A DNA stretch of 51,969 bases, taken from the NCBI GenBank assembly GCA_029856155.1, contig JAHQWL010000027.1, positions 1-51,969 of the forward strand, given 5' to 3'. Positions 1 through 8,591 of the stretch are shown piece after piece. Under the pieces are notes generated by a model. It was given only the letters and a program-made list of their open reading frames with translations, had not been told where the DNA came from and searched no databases. The translations under genes and the position numbers were made by a program. This DNA comes from Promethearchaeia archaeon (GTDB taxonomy: Archaea > Asgardarchaeota > Lokiarchaeia > Sigyniarchaeales > SOKP01). How positions within the stretch are numbered: the stretch's first letter is position 1; each line of letters begins with the position of its first letter.

Positions 1-147
1 TCTTATTTTCTCGAACGCTATCCTGTCAATGATATTTTTTCGAAAGAACCGGAATATTTTAAAAAAACTGAGCCTCGAATTGATGATATTCTGGGAGATT
101 TAAGATTTAAAGTAGAGGACCGTATTAAATCTGTTTTTGGAATTTAG
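1..147 (+). CDS. 3' end of a truncated CDS, possibly a longin-like small protein (paralog of 25004..25465)
   Basis: Frame 1 is open from base 1 to TAG at 145-147 (SYFLERYPVNDIFSKEPEYFKKTEPRIDDILGDLRFKVEDRIKSVFGI*). The tail resembles FKNFKQNLDRIFGTDTQTIDQKLKGVF* of 25004..25465. Confidence 0.6.
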   Translation, partial: SYFLERYPVNDIFSKEPEYFKKTEPRIDDILGDLRFKVEDRIKSVFGI

Positions 148-226
148 ATGCTATCTTATTATAGTGTAAAAAAGGTTTTCCTTTCAATTAAGTAATTCTC
201 AAAAATTAAGAAACAAGTATATTAGT

Positions 227-910
227 CTATTTAATTAAAAAACCTTTAAATATTGCTATCGTCGCAATATCAATTGCTATTAATGCAAAAATCTCAATTG
301 TAATTGATCTGAGGAATCCTCCCATTAAATTGATGAACATTCCAATAACGGCGAAGATAATTCCTATAAAAAACCATTGAACTCTCTTTTTTGTTTCTTC
401 TCCAATTTTTCTTGTTATCAGAGCATACTTATATACTACATAAATAGACAATGCTGTTCTAACAAGAGTTATGAAAATAAACCATTCAGGTGGGGTATTG
501 GTATCAACAATATCTTGTGCATATCTAACCATATCTAATTCTGGTGTCCAGATAAAATATCCAACACTCATAATGAAGAATAATAACATCATTGATCCAA
601 GGTATTTCAGACTCATTGCAACCTTTTCGTATTTTTCTAATATGAAAACCGTCATCATTAGAGAAATACATATAAAATTGAAAAAAATTTGAGCTGTTAT
701 CATCATCGGAATAATAATCTGTGAATTATTTAGTATTAAATGGTAAAATGTATAAGTTAAAAATCCGAGGGAAGAGGAGATAAAGAATAAGGTAAACCAT
801 TTATTCAATAAATTGCCCGGATTTAGACGAAACACACGAAATCCTACTGTAAATGAAATTATAACTGTTAGAGCAGCTGTAATTATTTTAATTAAGTTAA
901 AAATATCCAT
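227..910 (-). CDS. 7TM-type integral membrane protein (sensor-like, no cytoplasmic output domain)
   Basis: 227 aa with ~7 hydrophobic helices. Layout is similar to the N-terminal part of 38770..39840. Confidence 0.7.
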   Translation of the reverse strand: MDIFNLIKIITAALTVIISFTVGFRVFRLNPGNLLNKWFTLFFISSSLGFLTYTFYHLILNNSQIIIPMMITAQIFFNFICISLMMTVFILEKYEKVAMSLKYLGSMMLLFFIMSVGYFIWTPELDMVRYAQDIVDTNTPPEWFIFITLVRTALSIYVVYKYALITRKIGEETKKRVQWFFIGIIFAVIGMFINLMGGFLRSITIEIFALIAIDIATIAIFKGFLIK

Positions 911-992
911 AATATATTATTTTGATATTGGGTTATAAAAAGATTTTTACAGAAGTATTCTAATAAAAAAGTAATTTTAAAGAAATCTATAA

Positions 993-3182
993 TTAATCTT
1001 CTTTAAAAATTTGTTCAATCTTTTTATCGTTTTCGTCCGCTTTAAAATGTTGGAGTGCTCCCGTCCAATCTTTTAAAATATTTCGATATTTTTCTTCAAA
1101 CCAAGTAACAAATTCTTTTAAGGGAGCTCTTACTTCAGCAGATTGAGTTCCCTTTATGAAAAGAGCACCAAATATACGATCACCATACTCTAAGAGAATA
1201 GTAATATCTCCATGGTCAATTTTTTTCAATGCTTCAGTAGATTTCGTCATTTCTTTAATAAAGGAAGTAATGGCAGAGAACATACCAGAGACGAGTCCTG
1301 GATCTTGATCAACATCTTTTTGGAAAGGAAAATTATAGACTCCTCGTCCATCATCATATATAATGTAAAGCCCTTGTTTTTCTACGGGTTCAAAGATATA
1401 GCTTAACTCTGGTTTCCATATACTAATTAGATTATTGTTAAAAAGATATCTTAATGTAAAATAAAATCGCTTTTTTTCATTTTCTTCTAAAGGTCTTAAT
1501 TCCTTCAGAAATATATCTTCTTCTAGCTTATTTAAAATTGATTTTACCTCTTCACGTTCTTTATCTATACTTTCTCTGATAATTTCTTCATTCTTTGTTA
1601 TTAAGTATTGAATCTTACTTTGATCATAATCATCGTATTTAATGAAATCACCAATAGTACTGAAAATAATTTTTTCTTGATGTTGATCATCTATCGAGAT
1701 CATTTTACTTTTAAATGATTTTCCTATGTAATAAATTATCAGGCTCCATATAATTACGTTGAATATATATCGAGTATATAAATACGGTATAGCTAATCCA
1801 TTCAAAATACCTGAAAATGCTGCACTTAAACTAGCGGTTCGAAATGTTAAGAAAAAAGAGCCATTAACCATGAATTTAATTATATCGCCAGTTAACCAGT
1901 ACTCTTGCGCAGTATAAAGAAAGATCGAAATAATAATAATAATTGGTAGATAAATAATATAACCGATAAACTTACTTTTGGTATATTTAAGGCTTTTAGA
2001 GAGGAATAGTCCTACAATTATAACTGGTAAAAGAACTTGTAAAAACCCTAAGGAAATCAGTAATTCAAATTTTAAGGAGTTTATTAGGTTTGGACTAGGC
2101 TCTATGAAATTTGCTTGTGTTAATATATCTGGATCATTAAAATATGGAACAAAGATAAAACTGGAGATTGCTAAATATATTACAAAGAAAAATCCAATTG
2201 AAATTAAACCATAGAAGATGATGAGCAAAATATTGCCAGAATCAATGTTTTTCATTTTTTCTTTTTTATTTTTCCACCAATCAATTAATTTTACTAAAAT
2301 AAGAATAGAAATTGGTTCGAAGACCTTGAGGAATAAAACAAAAATTATCGAAGCCATAATAAAATAAGCGAAGAAAAAGATGATTATGAGAATTGAATCA
2401 AAATATTGAGCAAGAAACAATAAAATTGATAAAATTGATATAGGAGCTCCAACTGTGTATAGACTTTTAAAAGTTTGCCTCCTTATCTCTTCTCCAATAT
2501 ATTTACCTTTTAATGCAATTTTAGAGCTAAAAACTAATTCAATACTAAATATAAAAGTAGCAAGATAAACAAATAAGATCTCGAGAAACCATCCCAATGC
2601 AGTATTTCCGGATGTGAGAGATTCATGTTCTAACCCAGAAACAGATAATATTACTTGCAGTATGTAGAGAGAAATAGGTAATAGTACGACCATTAATTTA
2701 AGAATTTCCTTTTCCCTTGTAAAATCATTTTTAAAAATTTCGTCTCGTATCATTTTAAATGGACTCCTATCTAAATGATAAGTTATTTGTTTCAAATTCT
2801 CTTTTATAGAACCTTCTTCTTTTCTCAACCGATTCCATACAATTATTAAAGAAATAAAGGGAGCTACAAAAAAAATAAACGGTAAAGTAACCAGTGGATA
2901 TGTCGCAAACAAGGTTAGTAATGTTCCAATACGTGCACCAATAAACTGAATTGTTAAAGCTATATTTCCTCCAGTTAATTCTTTAGGTTCAGCATTAATT
3001 TGAAAAATAATTGGTAAGATCCAATAAATCAAATAGAATACTACAATTCCTAAAAAAATTCTAAAATATAATTTACCTACAATTTTTTTCCAAATGAAAA
3101 ATAAAGGTATAATCAAAATAAGTATTGGTAGCGCGTTTAATAATATTGTGAGAAAAATTACCATTACGTCCATAATAACCAC
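993..3182 (-). CDS. Polytopic membrane protein with C-terminal Asgard longin-like domain
   Basis: ~12 hydrophobic segments in the first ~490 aa. C-terminus GLYIIYDDGRG...DPGLVSGMFSAITSFIKEM...IDHGDITILLEYG...FEEKY...DWTG is typical of Asgard longin/roadblock-like domains. Confidence 0.7.
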   Translation of the reverse strand: MVIMDVMVIFLTILLNALPILILIIPLFFIWKKIVGKLYFRIFLGIVVFYLIYWILPIIFQINAEPKELTGGNIALTIQFIGARIGTLLTLFATYPLVTLPFIFFVAPFISLIIVWNRLRKEEGSIKENLKQITYHLDRSPFKMIRDEIFKNDFTREKEILKLMVVLLPISLYILQVILSVSGLEHESLTSGNTALGWFLEILFVYLATFIFSIELVFSSKIALKGKYIGEEIRRQTFKSLYTVGAPISILSILLFLAQYFDSILIIIFFFAYFIMASIIFVLFLKVFEPISILILVKLIDWWKNKKEKMKNIDSGNILLIIFYGLISIGFFFVIYLAISSFIFVPYFNDPDILTQANFIEPSPNLINSLKFELLISLGFLQVLLPVIIVGLFLSKSLKYTKSKFIGYIIYLPIIIIISIFLYTAQEYWLTGDIIKFMVNGSFFLTFRTASLSAAFSGILNGLAIPYLYTRYIFNVIIWSLIIYYIGKSFKSKMISIDDQHQEKIIFSTIGDFIKYDDYDQSKIQYLITKNEEIIRESIDKEREEVKSILNKLEEDIFLKELRPLEENEKKRFYFTLRYLFNNNLISIWKPELSYIFEPVEKQGLYIIYDDGRGVYNFPFQKDVDQDPGLVSGMFSAITSFIKEMTKSTEALKKIDHGDITILLEYGDRIFGALFIKGTQSAEVRAPLKEFVTWFEEKYRNILKDWTGALQHFKADENDKKIEQIFKED

Positions 3183-3256
3183 TTTATTTTAGTGATAAAA
3201 GTAGAATTTATTTAAAATAAATGTATGTAATTGTTATTATAATAATTTAGGTATTT

Positions 3257-4375
3257 TTGACTAGTTTTACTTGTGCAATGACAGGAAAAAATAAAATTGG
3301 AATTATTGTTGATGAGGATTTTGCGACAAAAAACGTACCCCCTTATCCATATCCTACATTTCTTTCGTATGAAACACCCTTAAGAATTAAATCAATCTTA
3401 AGTTATTTAGAAAAGAATGAGATTTTTAAAAATGAGAGGATTGTTAAGTTAAAACCAAGCACAGTAGAAGAAGACATTATTCATTTAGCACATACAAAAT
3501 ATCATATTAATTCAATTAAAGCTCTTTCAAGTAGGGGAAATGGATTATTAGGTGAGGAAGTGTATGTCACTGAAGATACATTTGAATTAGCTAAAAAAGC
3601 TATAGGAGGTGCTATAAATGCAATTACTAGTGTAATAAATCATGAAGTTAATCAATCAATTGCACTTATAAGACCCCCAGGACATCATGCCTTGCGAGAA
3701 ACTGCTTCTGGGCTTTGTATCTTTAATAATATAGCAAATTCTATAATCTTTTTACGAGAAAAGCTTCAGTATACTAAAAGAATAGCAATAATCGATATAG
3801 ATGCTCATTTTGGGGATGGTCTTGTCCAATATTTCTACGATGATCCAAGTGTATTATATTTCTCCATTCATGAGTATGATTTTGTGGAAGGTGAAATAGG
3901 ATTTATTGATGAATTAGGTACGGGAGAGGGGCTTGGGAAAAGTATCAACTTTCCAATACCTTTAAATTCTAATGATAATGATTTTTTGGAATCTTTAGAA
4001 TTACTTGAGCTTATTTTAACAGAATATAAACCAGATCTCATTTTAATCGCCGCGGGTTTTGATATGTATTTTGCTGATCCAATAGGAAACTGTCTATTAA
4101 CAACGATATCATATTATAAATTTACTGAGAAATTATTGAAAATTGCTGAGGATATTTGTGAAGGCAAATTAGCTTTTATACTGGAAGGGGGTTATAGTTT
4201 AATAGGATTACCTGTTTGCGTACATTCTGTGATTAAAGCTTTGTTAAAAGAGAAGTATGAACCTCCTCCTTTTGAATATTTAGATTTTTCAAGTAATTCC
4301 AAAAAAAGTGAAATAAGTAAGATTAAATCTAGCTTAAAAAAACTCTTAGCTACTTATTGGAGTTCTATAGTTTAA
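3257..4375 (+). CDS. Histone deacetylase family (HDAC/AcuC/AphA) Zn-dependent deacylase
   Basis: RPPGHH, GLCIFNN, DIDAHFGDG, AGFD..ADPIG and LEGGY motifs. Start is probably the later ATG (MTGKNK). Confidence 0.92.
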   Translation: MTSFTCAMTGKNKIGIIVDEDFATKNVPPYPYPTFLSYETPLRIKSILSYLEKNEIFKNERIVKLKPSTVEEDIIHLAHTKYHINSIKALSSRGNGLLGEEVYVTEDTFELAKKAIGGAINAITSVINHEVNQSIALIRPPGHHALRETASGLCIFNNIANSIIFLREKLQYTKRIAIIDIDAHFGDGLVQYFYDDPSVLYFSIHEYDFVEGEIGFIDELGTGEGLGKSINFPIPLNSNDNDFLESLELLELILTEYKPDLILIAAGFDMYFADPIGNCLLTTISYYKFTEKLLKIAEDICEGKLAFILEGGYSLIGLPVCVHSVIKALLKEKYEPPPFEYLDFSSNSKKSEISKIKSSLKKLLATYWSSIV

Positions 4376-4390
4376 AAAAGATAAAAAAAA

Positions 4391-4801
4391 TTAAATAAGA
4401 CTGCTGAGTTTTAAAGCATAATCTTGAGCTGCAAAGAGCGCATCTCTAGGACCTGCTTGAGGATTTATATAACAAACTAATGCCCCAGTACCTCCTATTG
4501 GAACAGGACAAATAATAAGATGCCCTTTACCAGTAATATTTGTCCCAATTTTTCTCTCTTCTGTGTTCTCTACTATCATATACTTAATACCTTGAATTGT
4601 AATACTACTTATTCCCTTTTGTCCCAACTGTAGCTTCTGATTAAGTAATTCATTAATTAGATCAAGATCATTAGTTAAATCCCAATTTTCTGTTTGAGTT
4701 ATTATTCTGCCATCTTTACTAATTATAGCGACACCAAAAATATTAGTTTCTTCGTTTAATAAATCATCAATTATAGCTTCAATTTCGGACATTTCCACCA
4801 A
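4391..4801 (-). CDS. Profilin (Loki-type actin regulator); probable ATG start at 4792
   Basis: IITQTENW, IQGIKYMIVENTEERKIGTNITGKGH and PQAGPRD match the characterised Lokiarchaeota profilins as I recall them. Confidence 0.9.
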   Translation of the reverse strand: MVEMSEIEAIIDDLLNEETNIFGVAIISKDGRIITQTENWDLTNDLDLINELLNQKLQLGQKGISSITIQGIKYMIVENTEERKIGTNITGKGHLIICPVPIGGTGALVCYINPQAGPRDALFAAQDYALKLSSLI

Positions 4802-4897
4802 ATATTTATTATTAAATTGTTATAATAACATAAATAAAATCAATCATAAATTTAAATATAATTTAAAAATAAATTGAAAAAAGCATGGTGAAATTAA

Positions 4898-5440
4898 TTG
4901 GCTTTTAGAATGTGGAGAAAGGCTATTCTTTTATCATTACGAGAAAAGAAAGTTTTTATAATATTTACACTTATATATACAATACTAATATTTTTAACGA
5001 GCCTCTTCTGGGAATTAGCAGTTAGTGGAGATCTAGTTGGAGCAGGATATCTCCTAGCTATTTTTTTTGGTACTTCTTTAATTCTTTCATTACTTTATGC
5101 ATGGATTTTAGTTTCAAGAAAGAGGCGTGTTTGGGCAACCTTCAAATGTATTGGATATACAAATAAAAATATATTATCTTTGGTTTCAGGAATGATTCTG
5201 TTTACTACTATAGTCGGATTTTTAATTGTTATTGAAGTGTTATTTCATTATACTGCTGCTTTGGCTTATTTACACTCAGAAGGATTTCTAACAAGTATTA
5301 ACGAAATCCTAGTCGGACTACTTCCAGTGATAATTACAAGCGCATTATTTATTATTGTTCAATTAATTGCTTTTATTTTAGTATATAGAAAGGTTCTTAA
5401 AGTGCGCCCAATAATAGCACTAAAAAAAGTAGGTGAGTAA
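4898..5440 (+). CDS. Minimal FtsX/MacB-type ABC permease (4 TM, no large extracellular domain)
   Basis: RKRRVWATFKCIGYT matches the R.RE.G.LKALG permease motif, C-terminal V.PI.AL, and an ABC ATPase is adjacent. Confidence 0.75.
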   Translation: MAFRMWRKAILLSLREKKVFIIFTLIYTILIFLTSLFWELAVSGDLVGAGYLLAIFFGTSLILSLLYAWILVSRKRRVWATFKCIGYTNKNILSLVSGMILFTTIVGFLIVIEVLFHYTAALAYLHSEGFLTSINEILVGLLPVIITSALFIIVQLIAFILVYRKVLKVRPIIALKKVGE

Positions 5441-5455
5441 GGAGGTTAGAGAAAA

Positions 5456-6145
5456 ATGTCATCTGATAAAAATATTATGATTGAAGCTGTAGATATTAAT
5501 AAAGAATACAGAAGAGCTGGTGCGATTATTAGAGCGTTAGCAGATGTGAATTTAAAAATCAAATCCGGAGAATTTGTTATGATTCAAGGTCCAACTGGTT
5601 GTGGAAAATCAACACTTCTCAACGTTCTATCGGGACTAGATTTACCAGATTCTGGTAGAATCATTTTTGATGGAGAAAATATTGCTAGGGCAACTGAGGA
5701 TAGATTAAGCAAACTCAGAAGACAGAAAATTGGGTTCGTATTTCAAGATTTTAATCTTGTTAATACGTTGACAGCGATTGAAAATGTAGAATCAGTTTTA
5801 TGGCCAACAGTATTACGTCAAAAAGAGATTGAAAATAGAGCAATTACAGCCTTAAGAGATGTTGATTTACTCGATCGTAAGGATCACTATCCTGTTCAAA
5901 TGTCTGGTGGCGAAAAGCAGAGATGTGGTATCGCTCGTGCAATCATTCATAGACCAAGAGTTATTTTGGCTGATGAACCTACTGGAAACCTTGATCCGGA
6001 ATCAGAAAAGCAAGTCATGGATTTACTTAAAAAAATAAATAAAGAAATGGAAACCACAATCTTAGTAGTGACTCATAGAGATTTATCTAAATATGGAGAT
6101 AAAACAATACGTATGGATTCTGGTCGAATAACTAAAATTCAATAA
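5456..6145 (+). CDS. ABC ATPase, LolD/MacB/FtsE family
   Basis: GPTGCGKS, IGFVFQDFNL, MSGGEKQR, ILADEPTGNLD, VVTH; upstream GGAGG ribosome-binding site. Confidence 0.93.
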   Translation: MSSDKNIMIEAVDINKEYRRAGAIIRALADVNLKIKSGEFVMIQGPTGCGKSTLLNVLSGLDLPDSGRIIFDGENIARATEDRLSKLRRQKIGFVFQDFNLVNTLTAIENVESVLWPTVLRQKEIENRAITALRDVDLLDRKDHYPVQMSGGEKQRCGIARAIIHRPRVILADEPTGNLDPESEKQVMDLLKKINKEMETTILVVTHRDLSKYGDKTIRMDSGRITKIQ

Positions 6146-6363
6146 ATTTATTCTTCATTTTTTAACTTTAATTTTAAATCTTTTTTTAAAATGTTAATTA
6201 ATCCTTAAATAATATTGGTATTTTATACTCTTGAGGTTTTATTATAATAATATCAGCTAAATTTTAGATTGATTTTTATGCCAAAAATATAAATATGCCT
6301 TGTATTTTTGATTAGTAATAAGGAAATTAAAATCATTCAATCACTTATGGAAAGGGGATAAAA

Positions 6364-7137
6364 ATGGGATGGGGGCGTGTAATAAAATCAGGTTGTGCAG
6401 GGATGTGTTGTCTTATTCCTATGGCATACATTTCATTTCGGTTTCTCAATCTCACAGAGGGCGTAACAGGTGGATTAATTGCGAATATAGATGATGCAAT
6501 TGCTAATTTAATGAGCGCTCTTGGTCTTGGTGGATTAGGAATTTTTATACAATTTCTGGCCGGAATGTTAATTGGTATTGTACTTATATTTTTATTTCCT
6601 ATACACTGGTGTCTTTTTTATCGTCCTGATGATGTGATGTTACTCATCGCAATAACAATTCCTTGGATTTTATGTTGTGCCATAACAAGTGGGCTTTTTG
6701 CTCACTCTCCACGTGGAGGTTTACATACTAGTCTAGCAATAGGAATAGGTTATGCGATTATTTTTACTGTGCCCTACATTATATTAGCTATAGCATTTCC
6801 ATTAGGAGCAGTAATATTAGATGGACTACTATGGGGATTATCAAGTTTACCGTATCTTGTTGCTGTTCTTACTGCAATTTTTGAAGGTTGTTTAGTTGGA
6901 GCTGTGTTTGGAGCATTTATAGGAAGTTTAAGATATAAAGGTAAGGAAGGGGAACAAAAACAAAAGAAAAAGAAAGTGAAAGTCAAAAAAGAGGTTACCA
7001 AAACTTCTGAAATGTTCCTACCAGAAATTGTTGAAGAAAAAACTATAAACCTAACTTCAATGGATACTTGTAGCAATTGTGGAGCTAAATTTACTACAGA
7101 TGATTTATTTTGCACTAATTGTGGAGCTAAAAAATAG
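6364..7137 (+). CDS. Membrane protein with C-terminal zinc ribbon
   Basis: 5-6 Gly-rich TM helices, Lys-rich linker, CSNCG...FCTNCG. Confidence 0.75.
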   Translation: MGWGRVIKSGCAGMCCLIPMAYISFRFLNLTEGVTGGLIANIDDAIANLMSALGLGGLGIFIQFLAGMLIGIVLIFLFPIHWCLFYRPDDVMLLIAITIPWILCCAITSGLFAHSPRGGLHTSLAIGIGYAIIFTVPYIILAIAFPLGAVILDGLLWGLSSLPYLVAVLTAIFEGCLVGAVFGAFIGSLRYKGKEGEQKQKKKKVKVKKEVTKTSEMFLPEIVEEKTINLTSMDTCSNCGAKFTTDDLFCTNCGAKK

Positions 7138-7284
7138 AAATATATTATTTTTCAAGTTATTGAAATATAAATCCCTGAATTGTTTTTTTTTTAAAACTCC
7201 TAAATAATTCGATATAAAATATATTAATTATTAAATTATAGTATTTTATATTAATATTAAAAATTCAATGTATTAATACAGATT

Positions 7285-8289
7285 ATGTCAAGAGAAATAA
7301 AAGGAATTTTACTCAGTCGCTTAATCGTTTTGGTTTCAATTTTTTTAGTTCCTATCATAATTTTTTTAATATATAACTTAGTTAATTTCAATTTATGGTT
7401 TTCAAATGATCCAACACTCAAAACAGTATTAATAAAAGTACTATGCCCAACTGTATTTAGTATTTCATGGTTGTTCTTTTTGATTCTATTCGTGAATCGC
7501 TTTGCTTCCACTCTCGATGATTTTGATACAACTATTAGTGTTGTCCCTTCAAGATTAAAGTTCTTTTATGGAATCAATGCAGTATATATTCTTTTTATCT
7601 TTATATTTCCCATAATTACCCCGATAATTGCTGTATTAAGTTTTGCATCCTTTGCATGGAGATTGACAACTTTCAGAAAAAAAAGATGGGAAGAAGATAC
7701 TAAAGTCTCTTTAATAACTTGGATCATGATGGGAATTGCAGCAATTCTTCCTATATTCTGTGGAATAATAGTTCTACCCGAATTTTTTACTTTAGCACTA
7801 TTCCTATGGAAAGTAATTTGGGTACCCAATCTTGACATACTTTTTACAATTTCTTATTCATTGTTTACCGCATTAGCTATTGGTTCTTTTGTTTTATTAT
7901 TTTTAAATTCTGGAATAAGTGAATATGAACAACTTTTTGTAGAATCTTCAAAAAGGGAGAGTTTCTGGAACGTCAAAGTTCTTGAAATTGGATTATTTGG
8001 GTTTTTTTTGTTTTTAGATTTTGGTGGATATGAAGTAATTGATTTGTTTTATATGGCCGGATTTGTATTTATAATTCTCATCTCAATTATTAACTTTTTT
8101 CAAGGAAAGACGAAAATAGTCAGTTTTAAAAGTCACTTATTTGGATATATAATAGCAGCCGTATTTATTGGCTCAAATGTTATTTTCTCAACAACAGAAA
8201 TATCTGGATTCCTTAGAGTGTGGAGTTTGATTATTTCAGCAGTATTATACATTATTGTGTTTTTTTATACCTTTTTAGTGGCTGAATAA
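7285..8289 (+). CDS. Polytopic membrane protein of unknown function
   Basis: 334 aa with ~9 hydrophobic segments. Confidence 0.7.
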   Translation: MSREIKGILLSRLIVLVSIFLVPIIIFLIYNLVNFNLWFSNDPTLKTVLIKVLCPTVFSISWLFFLILFVNRFASTLDDFDTTISVVPSRLKFFYGINAVYILFIFIFPIITPIIAVLSFASFAWRLTTFRKKRWEEDTKVSLITWIMMGIAAILPIFCGIIVLPEFFTLALFLWKVIWVPNLDILFTISYSLFTALAIGSFVLLFLNSGISEYEQLFVESSKRESFWNVKVLEIGLFGFFLFLDFGGYEVIDLFYMAGFVFIILISIINFFQGKTKIVSFKSHLFGYIIAAVFIGSNVIFSTTEISGFLRVWSLIISAVLYIIVFFYTFLVAE

Positions 8290-8502
8290 AAATTTAAAAT
8301 TAAATTTTTTTCTAATCAGAAATAAACCATTTTAAGATAAAGAAATAATTCTTTTTTCTGTATAGAAAATATTTCTCATTTTAAATTGATTAATAATGGT
8401 TCTATTTTAAAGTAATTATAATATGTATAAGGAAATAATTATTCAAACGATTTTAACGCTCAATTCTCTAATATATTTTATTGAATGTCCAAATGATTAA
8501 AG

Positions 8503-8520
8503 ATTCTACTATATTAGAAT
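8503..8520. promoter_or_regulatory. Palindromic operator-like site ATTCTA-N6-TAGAAT
   Basis: attctactatattagaat is 16/18 identical to the reverse complement of 12815-12832 and lies just upstream of an AT-rich TATA-like stretch. Confidence 0.55.
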
Positions 8521-8591
8521 AAAAATTATTAAAAACTCAGATTTTGATTATTACCTTAATACAATTCATAATTTAAAATTAATAAGAATAT

